In this document: piece by piece, positions 1 through 11,242 of the stretch
How positions within the stretch are numbered: the first letter of the stretch is position 1
Layout of the letters: each line of letters starts with the position of its first letter
Assembly: GCA_051362555.1 (NCBI GenBank)
Contig: CM120644.1
Coordinates: 24,574,534 to 24,638,533, forward strand
Source: Lingula anatina
Lineage: Eukaryota; Animalia; Brachiopoda
Length of the DNA stretch: 64,000 nt
Reading direction: 5' to 3'
The notes under the pieces: model-generated
The model's input: the letters and a program-made list of their open reading frames with translations, nothing else
What the model was told of the DNA's origin: nothing
Database searches by the model: none
Program-made: the position numbers and the translations under genes

Positions 1-581
1 ACATATAGATAGACAGTGCAGTTCAATTGTCTTTCCTTTTCTTTGACACTTGTGAACTGGGCGGGGGAGAGGTGGCGGGGGTGGGGCGGCGATACTGCAT
101 CTCGGAAATGAACGTCCGTGATATGCATGCCTGAGGTTTGTTAACCTTCTCAGTTCTCTACATCACGGGGCACTTTGTCAACGTTACAACACCAACGATC
201 TCAGTGTAATACTTCGATCAGGGACAGATATGTATCGTCTGCGGTTTAAATAACTTGTGTCTCCTTTATCACTGGCTATTCAAATGTGTCGCAGAGATTT
301 AATTTCTTTCGTAGCGTCGCACATCAAAATCAAAATCAAAACAGTCGTATGCGTGGGAGCCAGGAAGAGAAAAGGAGGGAGAGGGTACAAGCACCTCAGT
401 CATATGGCGAGGAATCAGAGGATCAACTGTTGTGAAAAGTATCATAAACGGGTCTCTATCGTTGCTTTCTAATTAAAACATGCTTGTCCTGTGCCCTGTG
501 TGAAGAGCTTATTTTTAAGTAATTGTTCAAGGTAGATCATCAGACGGGCGGTTGTATAATAAAATCATTATCTAAACAAAG

Positions 582-907
582 TGTTACTGCAAAACAAACG
601 CTGTTTTGTAGATATGATGATCAAAGTTTATTATAGTGAATGTGTGGCGCTTTGGTTACTCGTCCATGAACGGTGTAGCTTACGCATACGGTCCAAAACT
701 ACAAAAAATATAAATAAATAAACAAGATTAACTAAATGAATTGTGAATGTAGTATATAATTAAGTAGAATCTAACAAATAAGTAATAGATTAATGCTTAC
801 TTTTTACGCCCCATGTAGTTCATAATGTGTGTCCACCTGAACCGTTCATAGCATAGTACATATAATAAGTGCGCATTACTACTCTGCGCACATCCGGTGC
901 ATTTACA
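582..907 (-). repeat. 3' LTR of BEL/Pao element (326 bp)
   Basis: Starts TGTTACTGC and ends CATTTACA; collinear with 4659-4811 apart from two extra segments (644-750, 771-836); adjacent PPT; minus-strand AATAAA near 627-632. Confidence 0.93.
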
Positions 908-991
908 TTCTCGGCCCCTTGAATACAGTTATTGTATTCAATATCAAAAATTAATGCACACTAATGACAGATAATATGATCATAATTACGT

Positions 992-1006
<15 letters not shown>

Positions 1007-1063
<57 letters not shown>
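1007..1063. repeat. (AT)n microsatellite preceded by poly-A
   Basis: Direct read; lies inside the BEL 3' untranslated region. Confidence 0.95.
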
Positions 1064-1069
<6 letters not shown>

Positions 1070-1153
1070 AACCACTGTTTTTACTAATACATAGTACTGT
1101 TAAGTAAGTTCAATTCATTTCATTATAAATGTACATAAAGCAGCATATAAATT

Positions 1154-1930
1154 CTACACATTTTGTTCCTCAACAGGAACAATAACCACCACCCTCGCCA
1201 CGGGTCTCCGAAGTTCTGTGTTTTGAGTTTTCAACTTCACGCTTCTCACTAACCCACTACTTTTGTCTAGTTCAGCTGCAGAAACACGACCCGTTTTCCA
1301 ATAATTTCGTGGCACGGAATCATCCTTTATTAGCCCAATATCACCCACTTTTAAGTTTCGTTTAGGTTTTTCCCATTTTTGACGTTGTTGAAGCGTCAAC
1401 AAATATTCGCGTTTCCAGCGACTCCAGAAAACGTTTGCAAGGTATTGGACGCGACGCCATCGCTTTCTCGAGTATACATCTGACCTCTGAAAGTTTCCTG
1501 GGGGTGGGCATGTGACTGAAGACTTAGCTGTTAATAAGTGGTTGGGAGTTAATGGTTTTGCGTCGTCTGGAGAATCAGAAATAGATGTGAGAGGTCTGGA
1601 ATTTACAATTGCCTCTACTTCACACATCAGTGTGTGAAATGATTCCTCGTCCATTCGACTCCCAATCTCTTTTGATAACAGACTCAACACCTTCCATATA
1701 GTGCGAATTTGGCGCTCCCAGATACCTCCAAAGTGACTGGCTGCTGGAGGGTTAAATACCCACGAGATCTGACATTTCATCAATTTGATTTTGATAGCGT
1801 CGTTGTCCATTTCTTTCAGAGCATTGCAAAGTTCTCGTTCAGTCTCTACGAAATTTGTCCCGTTGTCTGATCGTACTTGTTTTACGTCCCCGCGCGTTTA
1901 TCGTCGTAAAAACTGTAAAAAACTGTCAAT
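1154..1930 (-). pseudogene. BEL/Pao integrase core and C-terminal (DUF5641-like) fragment
   Basis: VRSDNGTNFV, FNPPAASHFGGIWER, EVEAIVNSRPLT, LTPNHLL, RWRRVQYLANVFWSRWKREYL motifs; interrupted, N-terminal zinc finger missing. Confidence 0.92.
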
Positions 1931-2297
1931 GTTCAAATTCGAAAAAAAAATATATATATATATAGGCTATATAGGATATTTCGTGTAAAGTGAAAGGTTT
2001 ATATTTCTTAATCCTGCACCAACGCGTAATATGCCGTCTCGAAGAAACGGATCTAGCCTATCGGTATAAATAGGACTGTTTTTTGATGCTCGGCCCCGAT
2101 GTGGTTGCGAGGCAGAAATTTTCTTCAAGATTCTCATTTCACATGGGAAATGTTGACACTGTATAAATGATGGTAGACAATTCAGCTCGCTCCATATCTG
2201 GTATGTTTATGCTCATGTCAATGTTTTTAGGCTTTTGTGTTGATTTCTGTCTCAAATTTTCAAACAACGTTTGATAAATTGCTACTGCGCGTTTTAG

Positions 2298-3265
2298 TCA
2301 TGTCCAATCTCGCGCCATCAGTAAGATAAAGATCAGTAACGTCGTCACAGAGACATACTGTGGTATGTTCTTTGCTGGACATTCTCGTTCTGGCAACCAC
2401 AAGATTTCCGGACCGTTCAACCATCTAGTTATCTTGATAGAATCGAGTTTATTCAATCCACGTGACGCGTAGTCGGCGGGATTCAGCTGTAATTCAACGC
2501 ATTTCCATTGGTTTATATCTGTTAGATTTGTGTTGTTTGGAAATTTGACATGATTTTTTCGGAACGGTAATGGTAATTCATAATGCCCTTCTTTGTATCT
2601 GATGCCTTTTTCTTTATTTTTCAAGAAAATCTTATCTTCCTGTGAAAGACCACATTCATTAATGCGTTTTTCGTTGAGATCGAGGTCAGACATTCTCATT
2701 ACCAACTCTGTACCAATTGGCTCTTGTGATAATTCTTTGTAAGAAATTCTATTACATGCCACTGTGCTTTGGGAATTTTCTCGGCACCATGGACCTATAG
2801 CTGCCCAGCCATGAGGGTACAATAACGCGTAAGGACTCCCGTTAATTGATGGAAGAACCTTCCTCGGTTCTTCTGGACAATTACTCCCGATCAGCAATGA
2901 AATTGGCACAGAATGAAGCGGTGGCAAGCTGTGTTGCTTCGGCTAAATGATTCCACTGCATCAGTTTTTCTTTGCGAGGAATTTGCGTATGATGCACCGG
3001 AATATCGTCTCTTGTAAACGTTCTTGGCAAAGAAACAGCGTTGGTGCCATCTAGGCCTGTAATTACAAGATCTTCAACAGCAATTGACGGCAGAGTGCTT
3101 TTTCCATGCATGGTTCTTAGAGCCAATGAAGTGTTCACGCCTGTTGCATTTATCTCATCATATAATTCATGTGTCATAAAACAACCTGTACTGCCGTCAT
3201 CAAAAAACGCGTACACTGAAACACTTTTGTTTGTTCCCTTTTGATACACAGTGACTGGTATTATA
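2298..3265 (-). pseudogene. BEL/Pao aspartic protease plus RNase H-end fragments; RT core deleted
   Basis: YAFFDDGSTGCF protease motif; YELPLPFR..FPNN joined directly to NLTDINQW..NPADYASRG..WLNGPE; no YVDD RT motif between them. Confidence 0.88.
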
Positions 3266-4635
3266 GCTGCACTTGGTCATAAAGTGTGAGAGTTGCTTCA
3301 AAGCTATTGAATCGTCCTGTTTAATCACCGGCCATGATAATAATCGTTGAGCATATGCTGCGGATATCTTGTAGGGATCACCGTATTCTTTTTCAAGAAG
3401 ACGCATAGCTTCACTGTATCCCACACTTGAATTCATGTAGAGACAGCCTGCAATCAACTCTCGTGGCTCTCCGATTAAATGTTGATCTAAATAATACAGT
3501 CTATCTGCATCGCTGACAGCACGTTTTGCTATGCGAGATTCAAACGACATCACAAACTGTTTGTAATTAGTAACATCACCATCAAATTTTAACACTTCAG
3601 GCTGAGGCAATGAAATTGCCGCGAGTTGTTGATATGCTAATACGCTCTGTCGCTGTATGTCAGAGGGGTCCATCATGAGTAGATTTTTGTTCACATTCAT
3701 TTCTAGTTGGGTAGGTGATTATTATCTACTTGGTTATCACATGGAGTGTGCACTTTTACATTCGCATCATTGTTTCTATGCCTTGGAGACGTGTTGTGTT
3801 TGGACAACTGCGTTGTACTTGTGTCTGTATCACGCGCGCTTGACAGCAAAGTAGACTTGATTGGTGTTCGTTCAGGCTTGACTGACCCATGTGTTATGCA
3901 TGGAGCATCAGGGTTACTCATATACTTCGTAGAATCTTCAACCCAATTGACAACATCTTGATTTTCACCTGTAGGCAACAATTTTGCGGTCAACTTATTA
4001 TTTGCATCAGATGTAGGAAAATGAAATGACCGGACAGAGTTGTCATCGCAAATTTGTTCGAATTCTGCATAAACTTGATCTCTTGCGCGTGCTTTCTCTA
4101 TTTCAGCTCTAATTTCAAACGCACGTCTCTCGGCCTCCAATTCTGCCTTTTTACGTTGCATATTCAACTGTCTTTCTTCTATTAAAAGCGCGGCTAACCT
4201 TGCACGTTCGTTAGCGCGTTTCGATGCAATAGAACTAGTCGTTGAACATCTTGATTGTGAACCTGCTTCAATAGAACTACGCTTGCTTTATTGTTTCGTT
4301 GATCCTTCTCTCAGCGATTGATCTGTATTAGCTAGCCAACTTCTAACATTGTTGGTAAAGTCCCTGAATATGGACTCACGTTCTAGGTATTTCGTTTTTT
4401 CGCGTTCTATTAGTTCATCAGACGTAAGGGCATGTAAATAGTTTAAATAAGATGTTTTGTATTCTTGAAACTTATCCACATACTCTGTCAGCTGTAATCG
4501 CACTGTTTCTGAATTTTCAGCACTGTCCATAAGTAATTTTATACTGTTCCTTTTGCGTGTGACTTGCGACATAGCTTTTGACTTCTTTAATTTGAGATCA
4601 TCAAGAGAAATATCTTCTGGGCACGTATTCGCCAT
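3266..4635 (-). pseudogene. BEL/Pao gag fragments (DUF1759-like region)
   Basis: ORF pieces 4288-4635, 3703-4167 and 3200-3700 with FDGDVTNYKQF, RLYYLDQHLIGEPRELI, LLEKEYG; broken by stops; Cys-His knuckles absent. Confidence 0.85.
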
Positions 4636-4658
4636 AATTAAGAGCAGATTTTGGACTT

Positions 4659-4811
4659 TGTTACTGCAAAACAAACGCTGTTTTGTAGATATGATGATCA
4701 AAGTTTATTATAGTGAATGTAGTATATAATTAAGTAGAATCTGAACCGTTCATAGCATTGTACATATAATAAGTGCGCATTACTACTCTGCGCACATCCG
4801 GTGCATTTACA
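4659..4811 (-). repeat. 5' LTR of BEL/Pao element (153 bp, two deletions)
   Basis: Matches the 3' LTR with one substitution over the shared 153 bp; gag ATG (MANTCPED) lies about 25 bp inside the element. Confidence 0.93.
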
Positions 4812-5296
4812 CAAAGAAAACCACTATAAATTGATATTGCTTTTAGACGTCTCAATTCGAAATATTTGATAAGCTAGAAAAGAGGGCTTGGGTAAAATTG
4901 CTCATCTGTCTAGTTCAAAACAGATGTCTCAAGTAATGCAATTAATGTGCTTCCAAAAATAATTTTTATTTGTCACTGCTTTTTTTACATTAAATTTCTT
5001 TTTCTACTGTGAAATACCTTTTCAGCTTTTATAATTTCTGCAAAAATGTAAAAAAAATTCAATAGAGGCCTGCCAAAATTATTTGCTTTTTTAAAAAATA
5101 TTCTATTTTTCTTTATTTTTGAATGAAAGCCTCAATTAAATCTTTATAAGTTGTCAAAACCTACAAATCATTTTTGACTCTGATGCTGAGTGAAGTTCAT
5201 GGTGTCTTTTTGCAGAAAAAATATAAATCTATAAGGTAGCGATTTCATTTCCTTTTATAGAACATCAGACTTAATATCACAATACAAAGTATGATC

Positions 5297-8267
5297 GGTC
5301 CGTGTATGGAGGGGCAAAGTGATTTCCATTTCGTCAGAAAATGAAAAAACGGCCGTTTTTCATTTTCAGTTTATAGAAATGGCCAAAATGTAATTGAAAA
5401 TGAAACTCAATTTTCGTTTTTCCATTTAAAATAAAAAATGGAAAAACGGAAATTGCCCTCGTTTTTTATATTTTACTATAAATTGCAAAATTCAACATCG
5501 ACAGATCCCCGATGTGATAGAAAATGTAAATATCGACCGTTTTCGTGTTTTCTAATGTTTAAAAGGTGAAATAGATTACAAAATACCCTTTTATCCTTGT
5601 CTTTGAGAAAATAACAGGTTCGAAAAGTGTTCATTATTCAATTTTTGATTCAAATAGAAAAACGGAATTCCGTTCGTTTTTCTGATTTTCATTTCATGAA
5701 TGAAAATGGAGAAACGGACGTGCAGACACACAGACAGAGAAATGGCAGCCGCTGCAAGTTAATAAGTTATTGGTGATTAAATTCTGTCAGATAAAGCTTA
5801 AATGCAATGAATTTTAAAATTTTATAGAAAATGCAGAATTTGGGGATTTGTTGTTTACGTTGGACTAAAACTTCAACTTAAAGCCATAACAGAAACGAAG
5901 ATCCATTTCAAGTGTGCACAAGAGAGTTCAACTTTGTGCAACAGACAGGTATATTGCAAACAGTGCATGTGCCAGCTCTTTGTGTGCTGAAAATATATTC
6001 TAATCAGACTGTTTTAATCCTCTACCCACTGTGAATAACTTTCATGGACATTTAGGTTTTAATAAAGTATTTGGTTATTATCATATTTTTGTTGTTGTTT
6101 ATTGTAGATCCGCTGATTTGTAGATAATATAGGCCTACCATTTAGCTTCAACGGCACGATTAAAAACTTAAACAATTTGTCTTTGTTCTCATCCTTGATC
6201 AGTCTTACTTCTTTAAAAATCAGTCTTATTGTTTAATGATTTATCGCAGCACGTGTTTCCTCTTATTTGAAAGTTTGGTCAGAAAATGCTGATTCAGTTA
6301 CATGTAGGCCCTATCTACGGTCAAAGGGCCGAAAGGGAGTAGGGGGCTATCTGTAAGCTAGGACCAAAATTATTATCGTCTATCCTAGCTGTAAGCAAAT
6401 TTTTAAGAGAGAAAAACCCACCAAAACGGTTGTCAAAGGCCAGAAAGGCGTCAGGAACATTTTATGATTAAGGGGGGGATGTAGGTTAGAGACTTTCTCT
6501 TAAAATAAAGGTCTTAGTTTTTTATTCCTGTCATATTCATTTAATGTTCCTTCAAAACATCTAATTATGCTTGAAACACAGCTAAGGGCTAGGAAGTCAA
6601 GACCTTACAAGATAATATACTCATTCACTCCTTCAGAAGATCGATACAATTTAATTTATTCCTGGTACAGCTGTATATCAAATCCATATCTTGATGTCCC
6701 ATTTTATTTCATTTATTTAATTTTTACTCTTTTATTATTCTAAATTATTTCTTTTTAGGTTGGTGAACATTTTAGGTGGCGGATTTATGGGGGTATCAGG
6801 GGGATTCTGACCCCCCCTTCGATTTCTGAAAAATATCACACCAATGATCCCCTCTTGAAATTAGAATAATTTTGAACAGCTGACTCGTAGTTCTAAACCA
6901 TACCAATGGTACTCTCCAAAATAAATGCCAAAATTTTTCGGTGCCCTTCAGCGGGCCCCGAAACCCACGCCAAGGAGTGGGGGGGGAGGGTCGGCTTCGC
7001 ATCCAAGGACTGTTTTTTGAACATCTTTATTTTCTTGAAAGGTTAAATATTAATATATTATAATGTTACAACAATGACACGCTTACCCGCGGACTCCCCC
7101 CCCCCCCCTTCATATAATCTTGGATCCACCCCTGTTTTTGTTACTTGATTAGTTGCTGGTTTGTACAATAACAGCAGTAACAACTGAAACAAGAGAGAAT
7201 TTTTGCATTTATGTTTCTTTCTATGTACAGCTTATTTTTATCAACACGACGAATATTTGAGATTTTCCGTCCCAACGCTCGTATTGCATAAAAACAGTGT
7301 CAAACTCAAGATGCAAATGTGTGAATTTTTATAAAATAAAATACCCCCCCCCCCACCCAAGGTTGCATTAAAATGTTTAGGAAGAGAAAATACATAATTT
7401 GTTTATTAGACTGTGATTACGTACATAAGATAATAAAGCAAATGCATTGCGCAAAGGGCCCTGTAGGTTTGTAAAAACTAACTCAATAACTTCTTTGACT
7501 AAGGTACAATAACATTCAAGAGCAACAAGACGCAGTGGTGTAAAGATTCTAACAAACATTTTATTAATTTATCCAGTGTTAACCACAGAAACACAGCTAC
7601 AAAATTTGTGCAGCTACATAACTGCTTTGCCCAGTCGCACGCACCAGTTCTTAGTTAAAAGAACATCAATTGAGGCTATACCAGCACTACAGTCCAGGCG
7701 ACTTAATAAACATTCAAATATTTCTCTCATGATAAAAATTTCTACTTTCTATCAAAATCTTGTCACAAAAAGTCCTTACAGAAATACTTATATACTTATA
7801 ATACTTATACAAAAGCAGGAATAATCCTAGTCTCGTGAAGTCAAAGTTTCAAGAGCTGCCATTTTTCTGTCTGTATGTCTTTATATACTTCCGTTTTCCA
7901 ATTTTTATTTCCAAAATGAAAATCAGAAAAACGAACCGACTTCCGTTTTTCCATTGAAACCATAATGGCAAAAAATGAACATGCTTTGATCCTTCATTTC
8001 TTCACAGAAGGAGAAAAGGACGTATTTTCTGATATATTTCACTCTCTTGACATGGGAAAACAGTGGATGTTTCTATTTTCTATCACGTTTGGAAATCTGT
8101 CGTTTTTTTGTTTTTTTTTTTTTATGTCATAAAAAAGCGGAAAAAACGAAAAATAATCTCGTTTTTCCAATGTTTCATTTTAAAAGGAAAAACGAAAATC
8201 AAGGTTGATTTTCCATTTCATTTTGACAATTAATCAAATGAAAAGGAAAAACGGCCATACACGGACC
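5297..8267. mobile_element. Non-autonomous DNA transposon with long imperfect TIRs and 6-bp TSD, superfamily unassigned
   Basis: Termini GGTCCGTGTATGG ... CCATACACGGACC; TSD ATGATC at 5291-5296 and 8268-8273; about 5350-5750 is a diverged inverted copy of about 7853-8255; no transposase ORF. Confidence 0.85.
6773..7134. mobile_element. Degenerate hAT-like MITE nested in the long-TIR element
   Basis: TAGGTGGCGGAT ... GGATCCACCCCTG imperfect TIRs with G/C-run subtermini; TSD not recognisable. Confidence 0.4.
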
Positions 8268-8811
8268 ATGATCTGTAAAAATCCGAATTGAATGCACATT
8301 TAACCGTCATAAATCACTTTGAATTCATAAACAAAATGCAAAATGAAACAATAAAACTTGACTTTAAATTTACATTTTATTTCTATTTATATGTTATGTA
8401 AGAAAGGAGCTATAAATTCATTGACGTACGCTGTAAAGTTGCATTCTGAATTAACATTTGAACAGTAAAAATGAATTGGAATTTCTACAAAACCTGTAAG
8501 CAAATTTAACAGTCATGTTCAAAGGATAAAAACACTGTATCTATAACAAAAATTTGATTTCTGGGTGTTTTTTTTTTTAATATATATAATTTGCTGTTTA
8601 AATGTATCGTGCGCGACAACAGAATGAATCGAGCGCAAAATGGTTCAGGAGGTGACGTCACATGCATAGTATAAGTAGCAACATGTGCCTCAATTGGGAC
8701 CTCCCCTCTAGGTAGAATTGAGCATGTGCAGAATGCGCATGTGCGTGAATAAGCTCTGGAGAATGTTGTCGCCATAAAATCTCGTTTGACTACGCCGAAC
8801 TTTTCTATATA

Positions 8812-9830
8812 CAGGGTTGCTACTTAATTTGGATAATTATTTTTTGGCGAGTAAATTTTCTATAAAATATTTATTTTCTCCCTAACTACTTTAAATCCAA
8901 AACTGAGGTGTCACTTCATGTGTAGCCAGGTGTGCTACCTAATTACTCCACAACCTTTGAAACAATTGATGCATGCAGTTGCATGTTATGTGGTCAGAAA
9001 TGTGAGAGGTGGTCTTTTCGGCAAATTCTGCCCTTGTGTAAAAACGCATGGGTTTGGTCAATCTTTAGAGTGTATTTAGAGAAGCAACAAAGGGATCGCT
9101 ATGTAACTTGACAGGTACCTTAGAGAAGATATCGTTCGACAGCAAAGCAACGCAGCTTACTTTGGGATTCTTGCTCTCGGAGAAAATGGCCAGAAACGGA
9201 CAGCCATTGCCAGGCAATGCAACATTGTTACATTTATCAGGAACTGTTAGTAAAGTCCTCCAAAGAAATGCTACAACAGGGGCACCTACATGTACTCCGA
9301 TACCTCGACCAGGGTGTCCGCGCAACACACCAAGAAGACAAGACCGCCTTTCCTTACAACGTGCAACGTGCTGGTCGTACAAAGACAACCAGTGTCCTCA
9401 GAAAAAAAGTGGCAGAATGTCATTCAAACGCCCGTTTCAAGTTTTTTCGTGAACAAGAGATTACTGCAAGTCGGTCATTTTGCACGAAGACCAGTAGGGA
9501 AACCACTGTTAACAGCAGGTCATATACAGCGACGTCTGCAATGGGCTGGAGACCACGTGCATTTGCAGCCAAAACACTGGAATCACGTCGTTTTCGGTGA
9601 TGAGGCCAGACGTGGAGCTTTTAGGGGCTGACGGTCGAATCCGTGTCACGTATACGAAAGGCATAAAACGATGATTGTGTACTGTCTAGGGTGCAAGCAG
9701 GGGTGGTTACATCTCTGTTTGGGGAGCATTTCATGCCGGTGCCCAGAACCAGTTGGTTTTCTAGGAGGCAACCATAACCAGGGTTCCAACAAGACATTCT
9801 ACAGCAAACAACCCTTCGGTTTGTAAGACA
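8812..9830 (+). mobile_element. Tc1/mariner transposon relic (frameshifted, 3'-truncated transposase)
   Basis: TA-CAGGGT start; frameshifted peptides PRPGCPRNTPRRQDR (GRPR-like linker) and HWNHVVFGDE (first catalytic Asp, W..V.FSDES-type). Confidence 0.75.
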
Positions 9831-10189
9831 CATCTAATTCATCCTGCCACGATTTTAAAATCAAATAAAAAGAATTTAAGGAGGGCTGATTATAATAAGT
9901 TAGCATTGAAATATGCAAAACGTATCAGGTGTCCTTTTTTTTATGCAACTTAACGTAAATCTGACACGAACCGAGAAATATTTCGTTTTTTTTTTTTTTT
10001 TTTTTTTTCGCGCGGTATAAAAGGCGTTCAATACAAACTGTAACAGTGGCACTGACACACTGGTAACAAAGACCCTATAGGCTATTATATAGATAATACT
10101 TTAACATTAACAATAGGTCAAAGTTTAACGAGGTTGATTGATATTATGCGGATTAAATTTATTTCAATTTCTTTTTTTCGTTTACTAGA

Positions 10190-10461
10190 ATAACAGAAAG
10201 ATCAAATGATCTTGACCAGACGGGGAAGGTAACTCCATGGTTGTCTACGACACCGTCTTTCTGAAAGATGGCAACGGGTAAATTCACCTCCCCGACCTAA
10301 GGGGTCTACGTCTTCCATTACCATAGTCTCAGCCACAACAACAACAACCCCGTATATGTCAGATTGAATCATAATGGTCATATAAATAATACTGTGTACG
10401 GTAAACCTTCCACGGGATTTGCGACAGGCAGTAATACTATTGCTTAGCGGCTCGTACATGG
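10190..10461 (+). pseudogene. C1q-domain exon relic, copy 1
   Basis: Reconstructs to VVYDTVFL.DG..KFTSPT.GVYVFHYH..VYVRLNHNG..FATGSNTIA.RLVHG (gC1q pattern); contains a deletion, frameshifts and stops. Confidence 0.75.
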
Positions 10462-11148
10462 CTGCATGTTGATAGACTTTGATACCGTCCTGCTTATTGA
10501 CAACACCACCTGATTGTGGTGTGTTAATCGTTGACAACTTTAAAGCGGGTCCTACTTTAGATAACCTACTAAACGATATATACACGTACACAACGACCTT
10601 GGCAGCAGAGCGGGTCGGTGTGTAGTGGGGGGGGGGGGGTATTACATGTACCATGGCAATGGCTTGGTGTATAGAAGCTAGGGGCTGGATTAGATCTTCA
10701 TTTCGACCAAGTTTAATTTACCATACACATTTTTAGAAAGAACATTCTTGTGTAAGCAAGGCTCCGATACTTAACAAAGGTACACGTACAGCCCAGACTC
10801 ATTTCTTTCTCAGTGTGTAATAAATTAAATGTAAGCTTCAAACCTGAGCCTTCGATATACATGTGCTACAATATATATCATCTATTCTAAAAACTGAGAC
10901 ATTCAACTCCAATTTAACTGTCGCCCCGTATTCCGTAACCTATTGTCTTGTCAAAGCCTCAGGGGGGGGGGGGGGGGGGGGGGAGGGGGCGTCACATGTC
11001 ACCCTAACAGTGTATCACTGATATGTCAAACAGTCAGCTAGTACAGGTTTTAGACTTTGATATCGTCCTGGTTATAGACAACATCACCTGATTGGGATGT
11101 GTCGATCGGGTGACAACTTTTAAGAGGTATAGATAACTTATTAAATGA

Positions 11149-11157
11149 TATATAAAG
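11149..11157 (+). promoter_or_regulatory. Candidate TATA box of TRIM-NHL copy 1
   Basis: TATATAAAG about 90 bp upstream of the ATG; equivalent TATATAAG at 29519-29526 upstream of copy 2. Confidence 0.5.
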
Positions 11158-11242
11158 CGTACGCAACGGCTTTGGCAGCAGTAGAGCGGGGCGGTCGGCG
11201 TGTAGGAGTTGGGGCGCTGTGCCCACTCTGGGCGCCTATATC

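Larger units (their letters stand above)
582..4811 (-). mobile_element. BEL/Pao LTR retrotransposon, internally deleted (non-autonomous)
   Basis: TG...CA LTRs at 582-907 and 4659-4811; 5-bp TSD CAAAG at 577-581 and 4812-4816; polypurine tract (minus AAGGGGCCGAGAA, 908-920) abutting the left LTR; minus-strand gag, protease, RNase H-end and integrase fragments typical of BEL/Pao. Confidence 0.95.
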
